Part shown: in pieces, positions 1-21,182 of the stretch | Position numbering within the stretch: position 1 is the stretch's first letter | Layout: each line of letters starts with the position of its first letter | Assembly (NCBI GenBank): GCA_964016885.1 | Contig: OZ024760.1 | Coordinates: 27,466,001 to 27,530,000, forward strand | Direction: 5' to 3' | DNA length: 64,000 nucleotides | Origin: Eledone cirrhosa | Lineage: Eukaryota | Made by a program: the position numbers and the translations under genes | The notes under the pieces: generated by a model | Database searches by the model: none | The model's input: only the letters and a program-made list of their open reading frames with translations | What the model was told of the DNA's origin: nothing

Positions 1-740
1 ATATTACAATACATAAAAAGAAACTTAAACCATAACTGATTTCTTTTAATATATTATATTATTACCATTAGAAAATATTTCGTAAACATAAATTTTTGAT
101 GTTAGATATTTTCTTCCTTAAACATTCTTTTCTTCTTTGATTTCTGCGCTCATTTTTAAACAAACTATTTACATATATTACGCACACATATTACATTACA
201 TAAAAACAAACTTAAACACTAACTAATTCCTCTAAATTCATAACTCATTCATTCTTCTACTTCTTTTCACATTATTTCCTTAATAACATTAATATTTTTA
301 TTTTAATAATACATATTAATAATTTCTTTTACTCGCACATATTATTAAACCCTTCAATATACAAATCTTAATTTAATATTATTCTTAATCCCCTTTTTCT
401 TTTCATGCATAAACCTCATTAACTTTTAATTTCAAATTCTTTTAAATTATCTATTATCTTCCAACGGCTTTTTAACTTCTCTCTGTGAGACAATATATAT
501 TTTTTCTCAGTTGTAAAGGCTATCTCTCTCTCTCTATCACCCATCTCTCCTCCTCTCTCATCCTCCTTCTTATACTCCTCCCCCACTATTATTTACTCTC
601 ATCTCCTCCTCTTCCTTACCCTTTCCAACCCTCCCTCACTTTTTCCCAATCTCATACATCAATCTTAAATTATTTTTTCATATGTTGATTTAAAACTTCA
701 CTATTCACAAGTGTTTTTTAAGCTTCATATCATGTATCCC

Positions 741-811
741 TATTTTGTCTGATGAAAACGCAGATAGCATCCCATGATGATATTTGTTTTTGAAATGCGC
801 ATAATAAAATA
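741..811 (+). ncRNA. Minimal type I hammerhead ribozyme (PLE-type)
   Basis: TATTTTGT-CTGATGA-stem II (AAACGCAGATA/TATTTGTTTTT)-GAAA-TGCGCA (palindromic stem III)-TA-ATAAAATA; ends an AT-rich UTR-like stretch just before (TA)n. Confidence 0.8.
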
Positions 812-842
812 CTTGGAACTCTTTTAACCATCTTTTGATCTT

Positions 843-887
843 ATATTATATATATATATATACATATATATACATATATATATATAC

Positions 888-980
<93 letters not shown>

Positions 981-1027
981 CATATATATACATATATATA
1001 CATATATATACATATATATATATATAC
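843..1027. repeat. (TA)n microsatellite with TACA interruptions
   Basis: Directly visible. Confidence 0.95.
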
Positions 1028-1540
1028 ATGGAGCTCTACCACATCATAACTGCACCCCACGAGCTCATCAACAGCAGAGCTGAAACAGCGATAGCTTGTA
1101 CACATCGCTTAAAAATATCCTTCTTCAGATGGGTGAACGATGAAGAGTGAAATAGTACACTGGATCTCCCTGCAACAAGTCTTAACACCCCGGCAGGCAG
1201 GCGCTGCAAAATAACACCCAGGAAACAATCCTTGCATACCAGACCCAGCCTCAGACAAACGGATGCGGCAAAATAAAAAAAAATAAAAAAAATTTGTCCG
1301 GGAAAGACTGCCCTAACACCGGCCAGAGTTACCTCCCTTGACCTGCTGCAAAATCAAAACAAGATATTTTTGCGAGCAATGAACCTTGATGTGGATTTAA
1401 CCCCCAAAACTCTTTCCGAGCAATAGAAGGAACACTTGTGATTATTTATGCCCTTGAGAAGCCCAACTGGGCGAAACGTACGTAGGTGATATTTTAAATA
1501 AACATGTTTTAACGGTCTATTCTCCGATTTTTTACTTTCC
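1028..1540 (+). mobile_element. Penelope-like element 3' fragment (GIY-YIG C-terminus plus pLTR tail)
   Basis: Translates [29 protein letters not shown], resembling the PLE endonuclease end (LxNxRxExxxxCxH); followed by a hammerhead variant and AATAAA. Confidence 0.55.
1447..1491 (+). ncRNA. Hammerhead ribozyme variant with U3-A8 core
   Basis: TTGAGAA-GCCCA/TGGGC-GAAA-CGTACG-TA; stem I weak. Confidence 0.6.
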
Positions 1541-1544
1541 CACG

Positions 1545-2490
1545 TATATATATATACATATATATACATATGTATATATATATATACATATATATATACA
1601 TATATATACATATGTATATATATATATACATATATATATACATATATATACATATATATATATATACATATATATATACATATATATACATATGTATATA
1701 TATATATACATATATATACATATGTATATATATATATACATATATATATACATATATATACATATGTATATATATATATACATATATATATACATATATA
1801 TACATATATATATATATACATATATATATATACATATATATACATATGTATATATATATATACATATATATATACATATATATACATATGTATATATATA
1901 TATACATATATATATACATATATATACATATATATATATATACATATATATATATACATATATATATGTATATATATATATATATGTATATATGTATATA
2001 TACATATATATATATACATATATATATATACATATATATATATATACATACATACATATATATATATACATACATACATATATATATATATACATACATA
2101 CATATATATATATATACATATATATATATACATATATATTATATACATATATATTATATACATATATATATACATATACATATATATATACATATATATA
2201 TACATATATATATATACATATATATATATACATATATATATACATATATATATACATATATATATATACATATATATATATACATATATATATACATATA
2301 TATATACATATATATATATATATACATACATATATATATACATATATATTATACATACATATATATATACATATATATTATACATACATATATATATACA
2401 TATATATTATACATATATATATATACATATATATATATACATATATATATATACATATATATATATACATATATATATATATACATATAC

Positions 2491-2521
<31 letters not shown>

Positions 2522-2522
2522 C

Positions 2523-2555
<33 letters not shown>

Positions 2556-3035
2556 CATATATATATACATATATATATATACATATATATATACATATAT
2601 ATATATACATATATATATACATATATATATATACATATATATATATACATATATACATATACATATATATACATATATATATATACATATATACATATAT
2701 ATATACATATATACATATATATATACATATATGCATATATACATATATATATGCATATATACATATATATATATACATATATATATGCATATATACATAT
2801 ACATATATATATGCATATATACATATACATATATACATATATATATGCATATATACATATACATATATACATATATATATGCATATATACATATACATAT
2901 ATACATATACATATATACATATATATATACATATATACATATATATATACTTATATACATATACATATATATATATATACATACATATATATATATATAT
3001 ATATACATACATACATATATATACATATATATACA

Positions 3036-3069
<34 letters not shown>

Positions 3070-3510
3070 CATATATATACATATATATACATATATATAC
3101 ATATATATACATATATATATATATACATATATATATATACATATATATATATACAAATACATATATATACAAATATATATATATACAAATATATATATAT
3201 ACATATATATATATATACATATATACATATATATATATACACATATATATATATACATATATACATATATATATATACACATATATACATATATATATAC
3301 ACATATATATATATACATATATACATATATATACACATATATACATATATATATATAAATACACATATATATACACATATATACATATATATAAATACAC
3401 ATATATATATATACATATATATATATATACACATATATATATTCATATATACATATATAAATACATACATGCACACATATATATATACATACATGCACAC
3501 ACATATATAT
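1545..3510. repeat. Compound (TA)n/(TATACA)n microsatellite array
   Basis: Directly visible; source of the YI-repeat ORFs. Confidence 0.95.
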
Positions 3511-3739
3511 GCACTTATCGGTTTACCGAACATTTATTATAATGCTCGGTTTGTTTGTAAATACGATAGCTAATAACCTTGAAACTAGTACATCGTTCCT
3601 GTGTCAGTGTTGAACAAAAAGGTGACGTGGTTGCCTAAACACTGTACGGCGTAATTCGGGCTGTAATTTCGTTTCATTCTCTTCCAATTATATACGTACA
3701 TATATATACATACATATATATATACACATAAATATATAT

Positions 3740-5050
3740 ATAGATATATGAAAAAGAACACAAGAGCGTCTACAACATCAACAGATTTTTATTGGCTAAC
3801 AATGTTTCTTCCTTACGTGTAACCGTAGGATTCATCAGAGCTATAAAAGGGGTTTGATTGGTGTTATGGACTCTACCAACCAAACACCCAAGAACAAAGA
3901 GTAAAGAGAGTAAAGAGCAAAAGTAGGGGACGATAAGTCTAATTTTGGTGCGGGAAGGTGGGGTGTTGGTCCTTGTTTACTAGCTGCGGTCATATTCATT
4001 CCCGGGGGTCGGGTGGTTAGCTGAACCATAGATGGGGTGGCGTCGATAGTATGGTGCAGAGGGTGCGCAGAGGCTACACAAACACAAAGGGCGTAGAATA
4101 CATATATACATATAGCGGAGGAGGTACATGAGGTAATTAGAAATGGAAAAAGAGTAATAATAATAATCTATAATTAATAGTGTATAATAAGGCATGGGGA
4201 AGATTACACTATAATAAGGTATAAAGGTAAGAATAAGGTAAAATATAAAGGAGGATAAAAGTGGAAATAATAATAAAGATAAAAAATATATATAGAGAAT
4301 ATATAAGGAAATATAAGCGAATGTTTGGAGGGGAAAACACAATGTAAAAAAAAATCGATTTTTTTCAAACAATAATAAAAATATAATAATTATGGGGGGA
4401 GAAAACAGGATAGAGAAATATGATCAAGTGTGATTCGTTGAGAGAATATAAGATGATAATAGTTATGTCCAGTTTATACATCTTAATAATAAATAATAAA
4501 CAATATGTGTATCAGAGTTGCAGAACCTTCAATTCACTTACGGGTTCAAGCCACGTGGCATGGTCCATTGTTTATCTGTGCGGTCATGTGCGTTTGTTTT
4601 TGACACCACAGCAGATGCACAAGTTTGTAAATTCCAATGCAGATAGAAATCAATTTTTGCTCACCCGGACATTGACCGAGGATCCAATATTCCTAGTTCA
4701 ATATGTGTTTGGTGTTATTTTGGTCGCACAAATCAATCAGTTGGTTCAATATATGGAGTATGGTTTTCTGGTCTTCGTAACAGTGTCAGTGGTTGTATAT
4801 TTGGAAGTCACAAGGATCACAGTACTCCGGTTTGGTGTGATTATCGGTCATCCAGCTATGTTGTTGGTGGTTGGATTCAAATCTATTCGCCCAAACGTTG
4901 AACTTTGGTGTCGATAGGACATTAACGAAGCAGGGTGAGATCGCATCTGTGGTACAAAACGGTACGCAAGGAAATTATTCGTCTTCGTTTCATCCGGGTC
5001 CAGTAGTCACGTGCAAGAACCGCATAGAGCTAATTATTATGCTGCCAATA
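3740..5050 (-). mobile_element. Degenerate Penelope-like element 3' fragment
   Basis: Minus-strand degenerate frame with YCDPCDF and terminal WTMPRGLN (GIY-YIG C-terminal PxGLN), long AT-rich UTR, hammerhead and AATAAA at the 3' end. Confidence 0.5.
3787..3848 (-). ncRNA. Minimal type I hammerhead ribozyme
   Basis: Minus strand: TTTTATAGCT-CTGATGA-A-TCCTACG/CGTAAGGA-A-GAAA-CATTG-TT-AGCCAATAAAA. Confidence 0.7.
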
Positions 5051-5097
5051 CCTTAACGGGACACGGGTATATAATACCTAACTCCTACTAACCTAAG

Positions 5098-5254
5098 TAT
5101 ATAGATATATATACACACATATATATAAATACATATATATATAGATATATATACACACATATATATAAATACATATATATATATATATAGATATATATAT
5201 ATGTACACATATATATATATATACATATATATAGATATATATATATATGTACAC

Positions 5255-5353
<99 letters not shown>

Positions 5354-5880
5354 TATATATATATGTACACATATATATATATACATATATATATATATAG
5401 AGATATATATATATATACATAGATATAAATATTTATATATAGATATATATATATACATATATATATATATAGAGATATATATATATATACATAGATATAA
5501 ATATTTATATATAGATATATATATATACATATATATACATATTTATATAGATATATATATATACATATTTATATAGATATATATATATATTTATATATAT
5601 ATACATATATATATATACATATATATATATACATATTTATATATATATATATATATATACATACATATTTATATATATATATATATATATATACATATTT
5701 TTATATATACACAGATAAACATATACATACATATATATACATATATATACATATATATACATACATATATATACATATACACATATATATACATACATAT
5801 ATATACATATACACATATATATTCATACATATATATACATAGATATATATACATATATATACATACATAGATATATATAC

Positions 5881-5915
<35 letters not shown>

Positions 5916-5933
5916 CATACATATATACATACA

Positions 5934-5984
<51 letters not shown>

Positions 5985-6050
5985 GCATATATATATATAC
6001 ATATAAATATATACATATATATATATACATACATATATATATACATATAC

Positions 6051-6085
<35 letters not shown>

Positions 6086-6093
6086 CATATACA

Positions 6094-6131
<38 letters not shown>

Positions 6132-6180
6132 CATATACATATATATACATACATATATATACATATACATATATATATAC

Positions 6181-6217
<37 letters not shown>

Positions 6218-6452
6218 CATATATATACATACATATATATACATATACATATATATACATACATATATATACATATATATACATACATATATATACATAT
6301 ACATACATATACATATATACACATACATATATATACATACATATATATACATATACATACATATACATATATACATATATACATATATATACATATATAT
6401 ATATACATATATATATACATATAAATATATACATATATATATATATATATAC
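5098..6452. repeat. Compound (TA)n/(TAGA)/(TACA) microsatellite array
   Basis: Directly visible. Confidence 0.95.
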
Positions 6453-7060
6453 ATGGTGGCTGCCAACTCGTTTTCGAGTACGGCCACTACTTTATATCCA
6501 TGTAGGAGAACCCCTACCGATGCGCTGAACGAATGTGACTTTTTAGTCCAGCCAGCGACTTGAAAACTCTGGTACAAAGACTACACTTGTGACCATTATT
6601 GACACATAGTGCAGGGCCCATGGTACCATGTGATGACAAGTGCAGAGAGATCTCCAGATATAAAGCAATGCCTGTGCTGTGAAGCTTTTATAGTGAGCAA
6701 AGGCACTGCACAAAGCCAGTCCCACTCTCTTAACCAAGATGATATTTACCAAAAAGAAGAACAAGTCAACATCATTGGATACCATCAGGGTTGCAGGTGT
6801 TATATCAGAGTTTTCCTTCTCCTAGAATTCTGCCTTGACAAAGGCTAAGGGGTCATCTCTCCCGGTGATTTTGGATGGCTATTGAGTCTTAAGAGCTCCC
6901 TTGCCCTTTGACAGGTTTTGTTTTTAGTCCTGCAGGATGTCCAAAGTCACCCTCCTCACCAAGAAACCTTGGTGGGGTTGCCAGTTTAGTCGCCAACGAC
7001 CCGACCATGAGACAGGTTGTACTGGGATACATGTTACCAGTAGCACCAACTGGTGACCTG
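6453..7060 (-). mobile_element. Non-autonomous RTE-derived retroelement (5'UTR-like part plus RTE-type 3' stem-loop), internally deleted
   Basis: Reverse complement of parts of 36875-37800; carries CTAGGAGAAGGAAAACTCTGA and terminal hairpin GTGGCCGTACTCGAAAACGAGTTGGCAGCCAC. Confidence 0.65.
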
Positions 7061-7142
7061 ACATATACATATATATACATATATATACATATACATACAT
7101 ATATATATATATATACATATATATACATATATATATACATAA

Positions 7143-7179
<37 letters not shown>

Positions 7180-7343
7180 CATATATATATACATACATAT
7201 ATACATACATATATATATATATATAGGAACGAGTTCCTATTACCCACTCTACTACCCTAAGTATTGAGTACTTTGGTGCGTTATGGTCCACCTGGTTCCT
7301 TACCACATTTCCTTCGTTAAATATATATATATATATATAGATG

Positions 7344-7394
7344 AGATTCGACAGGACTAGAATTGTTTCATTCTTTAGAAATCATCAGGAATCT
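7344..7394 (-). ncRNA. Type I hammerhead ribozyme, GUC site
   Basis: Minus strand: AGATTC-CTGATGA-TTTCTAAAGAAT-GAAA-CA...TG-TC-GAATCT. Confidence 0.7.
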
Positions 7395-7449
7395 GGGTAT
7401 CAAATAATAAGTATGGTATTTATAGGTCTCTTCAGGTGGTAGGAGAGGG

Positions 7450-8428
7450 TTCTAATCTAGGATTTAGTATAACTATAGAATCTAATTTGACTAGGGCCAA
7501 CTTCTTAGATGTCACTCTCGACCTAGATACTTCCCTGTATTACCCGTACCACAAACCTAACGAGTCCCCTAGTAAAAAGCGTCTCTATTAGAATATCTGG
7601 CCTCTCCGCCAACAAAGATATTTTTAACGCCTCTGCCTCCTACTACAATGACGCCCTCGCCCGCACCGGATTTAAAGAAAAGATAACCTACCTAGAAACC
7701 ACCGCAAGATTGCAGAGGAGGAATATGCATAGGCAGATTAGCTGGTACAACCCTCCCTTCAATAGAGAGGTCTCTACACCGATAGCTAGGATTTTCTTCA
7801 CTTTGCTGAAAATACACTTCCCCATACAACATAGGTACCACACCATCTTTAATAAGAACACAATAAGACTCTCCTACTCTACCACACTTAACCTAGCTAG
7901 GAATATATCCAACCACAATTCTAAAAAATTAAATAAGCCAATCACCTCCGAAACCAATCCCCGGACTGGGGCTTTGTGTAATTTCCTAAATAAGGAAGCA
8001 TGCCCACTTGAAAACAAATGCCTCACAAATGATATCGTATACAAATGCGATGCCATCTGAGGCACCGATGATTGCAATAACAAAAAAACTTACATCGGCA
8101 TGACTTCCAATAATTTTAAGACCCGTTGGTATGCCCATACCCACTCCTTCAGAAGACCGGACAAATCAAACCAGACAACACTCGCTCCTATGTTTGGGAT
8201 CTCAAAAGGAACTCCACCCCCTTCACGCTTAAATGGAAAATACTCCAAAAAGCGCGCTCTTACAACGGAGGACACAAGGGCTGCGACCTTTGTATCTCAA
8301 AGAGCTACGGAATTTTATTCGCCAAGGGCCCGCTACTGAACAAACTCTCTGAACACTGCCCGAACTGCATGCACAAGAACTTTGCAACTTTCAAATACTT
8401 TAAGCCAGTGTTAAAGCCCGATGGCTAA
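7450..8428 (+). pseudogene. PLE RT-thumb plus GIY-YIG endonuclease remnant (frameshifts and stops)
   Basis: Motifs ANFLDVTLDL, WYNPPFN, HFP..H..IFNKNTIRLSYS, CPLENKCL..IVYKC, YIGMTSNNFKTRW.AH, CDLC, CMH. Confidence 0.85.
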
Positions 8429-8569
8429 AAACGACCCCCTCCTTTTAGCCCCTATACCTCCTTCCCACCCTACCCCCACCCCTCCTCAACCTGAAATACG
8501 GCCACTATGGTCATGTGAGTACCTCTTACCTATCTGCATTTTCTGCCTGTATAGCTGATTTTATGTCCC

Positions 8570-8632
8570 TGTGTATATGCGTATATTTATTGAGTACTTA
8601 TTTATTTGTATGTGTATATATGTATTTGTGTG

Positions 8633-8686
<54 letters not shown>

Positions 8687-8706
8687 CATATGTATGTGTG
8701 TGTGTG

Positions 8707-8767
<61 letters not shown>

Positions 8768-8986
8768 GTGTGTGTATATGTATATGTATGTATGTGTATG
8801 TGTATATGTATGTATATGTATGTGTGTGTATGTATATATGTATATGTATGTATATATGTATATATATGTGTATGTGTATATATATATATATATATGTGTA
8901 TGTGTATGTATATATATGTGTATGTATGTGTATGTGTGTGTGTATATATGCGTATGTATGTGTGTATACATTTGTGTATATGTATA

Positions 8987-9073
<87 letters not shown>

Positions 9074-9188
9074 ATGTGTGTGTGTGTATATGTATATGTG
9101 TATATATGTATATGTATGTATGGGTATATGTATGTGTATATGAGTGTATATATATATATTTATATATATATATATATGTGTGTATATG

Positions 9189-9219
<31 letters not shown>

Positions 9220-9368
9220 GTACGTGTATGTATATATTTATATATATATGTGTGTATGTATGTATATATATGTATATGTGTATATATATGTGTGCATGTG
9301 TGTGTATGTATTTGTATTTATATATGTATGTATGTGTATGTGTGTGTTTGTATGTGTATGTATGGATG

Positions 9369-9449
<81 letters not shown>

Positions 9450-9530
9450 ATATTTGTGTGTGTATGTGTGTGTATGTGTGTGCTTGTGTGTATGTGTGTG
9501 TGTATATGTATATATATGTGTGTGTGTGTG

Positions 9531-9591
<61 letters not shown>

Positions 9592-9668
9592 GTATGTGTG
9601 TGTGTGTGCAGATGCATATGCATGTATGTATACACCCATGAATGTATATATGTATGTGTGTGTATGTG

Positions 9669-9699
<31 letters not shown>

Positions 9700-10076
9700 G
9701 TGTGTGTATATGCATATGTGTATATGTATATACACACACACATGCGTGCGCATGCGCACATGCACACATGTGCACATGCATACGCATGCGCACATGCATA
9801 TATGCACATACACATGTATATGTATGTGTGTATGTATATATGTATGTATGTATGTGTATGTATATATGTATGTTTATGTTTATATGTATATATGTATATG
9901 TATGTGTGCGTATATGTGCGTGTGTGTATGTGTGCGTGTGTACATGTGTGCATGTGCATGTGCACACACGTGCACACAGGTATACACATGTGTATCTGCA
10001 GGTGCATACATGTACATACGAACACATTTGCACGCACGCGCGTGTGCACATGTATGTATGTGTGTGTATATGTATG

Positions 10077-10115
<39 letters not shown>

Positions 10116-10260
10116 ATATATGTATATATATATGTGTATATATATATATGTGTGTGTGTGTGTATATATATGTGTGTATGTGTTTGTGTGGTTCTCTGTG
10201 TGTGTATTTATTTATTTATATATGTTAGTATATATGTGTATATATATGTGTGTGTGTGTT

Positions 10261-10309
<49 letters not shown>

Positions 10310-10378
10310 ATATATATATATATATATATATGTGTGTATATGTATATATATATATGTGTGTATATATATATATGTGTT

Positions 10379-10425
<47 letters not shown>

Positions 10426-10694
10426 ATATATGTGTATGTATATATATATGTATATGTATATATGTATGTGTGCACATGTATGTGTGTATATATGTGTGTA
10501 TGTGTGTATATGTGTATATGTAGGTGTATGTATGTATGTGTGTGTGTATATATATATATCTGTATATGTATGTGTGTATGTGTGTACGTATATGTGTGTA
10601 TATTTGTTTGTATTTATATATATATATATATATGTATGTATATATATATGTGTATATACATATATATATATATGTATGTATGTGTGTATATATA

Positions 10695-10725
<31 letters not shown>

Positions 10726-10748
10726 GTATATGTATGTGTGTGTATATA

Positions 10749-10794
<46 letters not shown>

Positions 10795-10810
10795 GGTGTA
10801 TGTGGGTGCG
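8570..10810. repeat. Compound (TA)n/(TG)n/(TATG)n array inside the PLE 3' region
   Basis: Directly visible; G-interrupted on plus strand. Confidence 0.95.
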
Positions 10811-11288
10811 CGCGAGTTGTGTGAGTGAGTGTGTTTGTGAATATGTCTGTTTTTTTTTGGCATATAATTGAATAGTTTAAGAGAAATTTGAAGATAATCG
10901 TATGATATGCACTCAATATTTTGAATTGGTCTACAGAATTCTTCAGGCCTTTGTCACTTAGTAGAACCTTAAAGAATTTAGATTTTAAAGAATCTCCCTT
11001 TTCTTTAAATCCATCAACCATGACTGACCCCCAATGATCTTATAGACACCTGATATCTAGGCATTGTTAGCTTAAGAGAAACTTAAAAATAAGGAGTGGC
11101 ACCCCATCCTGAACTTGTTTATAGAATTCTTTCTGCCTTTGTTACTCTAAAAATAAACTATAGCTTTGAAGAATTAGCTTTTAATGAATTCCCTTTTCTA
11201 TCAACCATTGAGCTACACCCATCCCACTCCCTACCCTCTCCTACCACCTGAAGAGACCTATAAATACCATACTTATTTTTTGATACCC

Positions 11289-11339
11289 AGATTCCTGATG
11301 ATTTCTAAAGAATGAAACAGTTCTAGTCCTGTGGAATCT
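11289..11339 (+). ncRNA. Type I hammerhead ribozyme, GUG site (probably inactive)
   Basis: AGATTC-CTGATGA-TTTCTAAAGAAT-GAAA-CAG...CTG-TG-GAATCT. Confidence 0.65.
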
Positions 11340-11421
11340 CATCTATATTAAAACTTTTATACTCTGCAATGTATTGAGTACCTTACTTACTGTGGTTACC
11401 TCCAACTCAACCCGGAATAAC

Positions 11422-11460
<39 letters not shown>

Positions 11461-11466
<6 letters not shown>

Positions 11467-12646
11467 ATACAATAACAGAGATAGTTTAAAGCTAAACTCT
11501 GACTGGTAACCATCTCACTCAACAAACATTAGGTTATATTAAAATATAAACCCAATTTAAGTGTTTGGGGTGCTAACAATATGTATAATGTGGAAAAACC
11601 AGTTGTATTATTTTATGAGATATAATTAAAGTTAAAGTATATCTCTCTTTCCAAACAATTGTTTCATTATAAGTTTTCTACAAGTTTGGGAGAATGTTTC
11701 CAGTTTATGTAGAAGCCTAATATATATTCATGTAAGAATATATTTAGGTGGGCACTTATAAATCATCAGTGGAAGCCCATTAAACATTGATATAAGAAAA
11801 CAATTTCTTACCGCTGTCAAAAATCATGTCCGTAAAGTAGCTCTCTCTCGCCTCGAATGACCGCCAAATTTGAAATTCCAGCAGTTTTTGACTGAGGAAG
11901 TATCATAGCGACACGAAGCTGGAAGGGGAGACAACTCACGAAATGAGGAAAAAAATAATATACATGCGGGTTAATTAGTTTTTTTGAAAACATTATCAAT
12001 CCAACGTGTTTAAGAACTCAATTGAAAATAAAAAAATAATAAATATATGCTTGTATAAATTACACACGCATATAGATATTTTCTTAGGCTAAATCAGAAG
12101 TTGTACCCGAATAAGAACCGCTTCTCATAACCGCAGTAAATGCAGAAAGTTATGCTATAAAGGGCAAATGGGAATATAATTCTCCGGCCGAATTATTAAG
12201 AGTAAAATATAAAACACACGCGGGTTAATTAGTTATTTCAAAACCAATATTAATTCCTCGTGTAAAGAACTCAATTAATAAAAGAATATAAATACATATA
12301 TGCATGTAATTATATACGTAGGCATATATATATATATATATTTTTTCCTAGGCTAAAAAACAGAGAAGTTACAACCAAAAAAGCCACAATATTTCACAAC
12401 AGTAATAAATACGGAAAGTCAAATTCATAAGGTACCTGGAAAAAAACACCTCTGGCCAATCAAGAGTAAATATTTAATACAATAACAGAGATAGTTTAAA
12501 GCTAAACTCTGACTGGTAATCATCTCACTCAACAAACATTAGGTTATATTAAAATATAAACCCAATTTAAGTGTTTGGGGTGCTAACAATATGTATAATG
12601 TGGAAAAACCAGTTGTATTATTTTATGAGATATAATTAAAGTTAAA

Positions 12647-12650
<4 letters not shown>
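11461..12650. mobile_element. Non-coding element bounded by ~180-bp direct repeats
   Basis: 11461-11642 is almost identical to 12471-12650; internal diverged duplication ~11960-12205 versus ~12215-12470; (TA)n on both sides. Confidence 0.6.
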
Positions 12651-12695
<45 letters not shown>

Positions 12696-12889
12696 CATAT
12701 ACATATATATATATATATACATACATATACATATATATACATATATATATACACATATATATACATATATATATACACATATATATACATATATATATAC
12801 ACATATATATATACACATATATATACATACATATATACATATATATACATACATATATACATATATATACATACATATATACATATATA

Positions 12890-12939
<50 letters not shown>

Positions 12940-13050
12940 TATACATATATATACATATATATACATATACATATATATACATATATATATATATATGTAC
13001 ATATATATATACATATATATATATACATATATATATATATACATATATAT
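12648..13050. repeat. (TA)n/(TATACA)n array
   Basis: Directly visible. Confidence 0.95.
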
Positions 13051-13193
13051 TAAAGAGTTAAACAAGATTCAATGAGTACATCAAAGAATAAGTTTTACAG
13101 TAGATTGGAAGCACTCTACTGGAAAATATTTTCCACGATTATTAATATAAAAATACAAATATTAATAAAATAGATGTTCTTTTGATCAATTAA

Positions 13194-13246
13194 ATTTTAT
13201 TATACATATTTCAGAGGTACAACAGTACGTCCTCATCAGACAAAAT
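13194..13246 (-). ncRNA. Minimal type I hammerhead ribozyme in a PLE-like tail (~13050-13340)
   Basis: Minus strand: ATTTTGT-CTGATGA-GGACGTAC/GTACCTCT-GAAA-TATGTA-TA-ATAAAAT. Confidence 0.8.
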
Positions 13247-13361
13247 ATAATGATACATGGTATACCCTGAGATGTTAAATGGTTAAGATTTAATCAAGGT
13301 AGTGATTAACCTATGAGAAAACTCAACATTTATACCCTAATAATGAGAAAATGTGAGTTTC

Positions 13362-13935
13362 TGCCTACTCCTTTCCTACACGCTGAGCATGGCCATTTCC
13401 CAGAGGGGACCAGTGCCCTATTTTCGTTCCTACATACTAGAACTTTAGTCTTAGACAGGTTAATTTTAAGGCCTTTTGATTCTAGGCCAAGCTTCCATGT
13501 TTGGAATTTCTTCCATGTTTGGAATTTCTAGTTCAGCCATTGATTCAGCTATGAGCGTTACATCATCTGCATATAGGAGTTCCCATGGGCAGCCGGTCTT
13601 GAACTCCTCTGTTATAGCCCGAAGGGCAATAATAAATAAGAGGGGGCTAAGGACGGAGCCCGAATGAACACCAACTTTTACGCTAAACTCTTCACTATAT
13701 TCGTTGTTAATTCTCACCTTGCTTACTGTTTCTTTATACATGGCTTGTATAGCTCTCACAAGCCATTCATCAACACCTAGTTTTCTAAGGGCCCACCAGA
13801 TAATGGAGCGGGGGACTCTTTCAAAGGCTTTCTCCAAGTCGACAAAAGCTAAGTATAGGGGGTTTACTTTTAGGCTAGGTACTTCTCCTGTAGTTTTGTC
13901 GTACAATGAAAGAGCGTCTGTGGTACTTTTACCTG
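13362..13935 (-). pseudogene. RTE-clade LINE reverse transcriptase fragment
   Basis: [36 protein letters not shown]; after a short duplication-induced frameshift continues [10 protein letters not shown]...KWPCSAC. Confidence 0.9.
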
Positions 13936-20726
<6,791 letters not shown>

Positions 20727-21182
20727 CGTTTCTGAATTTGTTTAGCAAGATTCTTTATCTGAAATCGTGTGTTGAAACCGATATTGTTATACTTTGGGAG
20801 GGTCATGTTGCCAATAAGAAACACACGCACCAGTTGCTTTCACTTCAATTTATTATATATTTATAAATTTACAAATTTATAAATTCATAAATTTCTGGTT
20901 GGTTGGTTGGTTCCACAACCAGATAGTTTATATATAGTCATAGTCCTTTCGTCACACACTCTGTGACCTCTTCAGTGACTGGGGACTCCTTTCTTTGTTT
21001 CTGTGCCTCTCCTTTGTTCTGTCCTACGCCATTTTGTTTCTGTGTGTGTGTGTTGTGTGCTCAGTCTGCGCATGCGCCACATCCGGGTGTCTGTGTGTGT
21101 TTATGTTCATTTATCTATTTGTTTATTTACATGTTACTGGTTGGTTGTTTGTTCTATGTGTGTGTGTGTTTTCATTTTGTCC

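Larger units (their letters stand above)
7340..11422 (+). mobile_element. 5'-truncated Penelope-like element (Nematis-like) with inverted pLTR segment at the 5' junction
   Basis: 7340-7450 is the reverse complement of about 11232-11345; coding remnant 7450-8428; hammerhead in both termini; flanked by (TA)n. Confidence 0.75.

Noticed and set aside
11874-11925. Possible type III hammerhead (TTCCAGC...CTGAGGA...GAAGCTGGAA)
   Set aside because: GAAG instead of GAAA, no UH triplet and no pairable stem I
20770-20815. SECIS element in the PLE 3' UTR (ATGAC...AAAG on the minus strand)
   Set aside because: No matching GA quartet on the 3' side and no in-frame TGA in the ORFs
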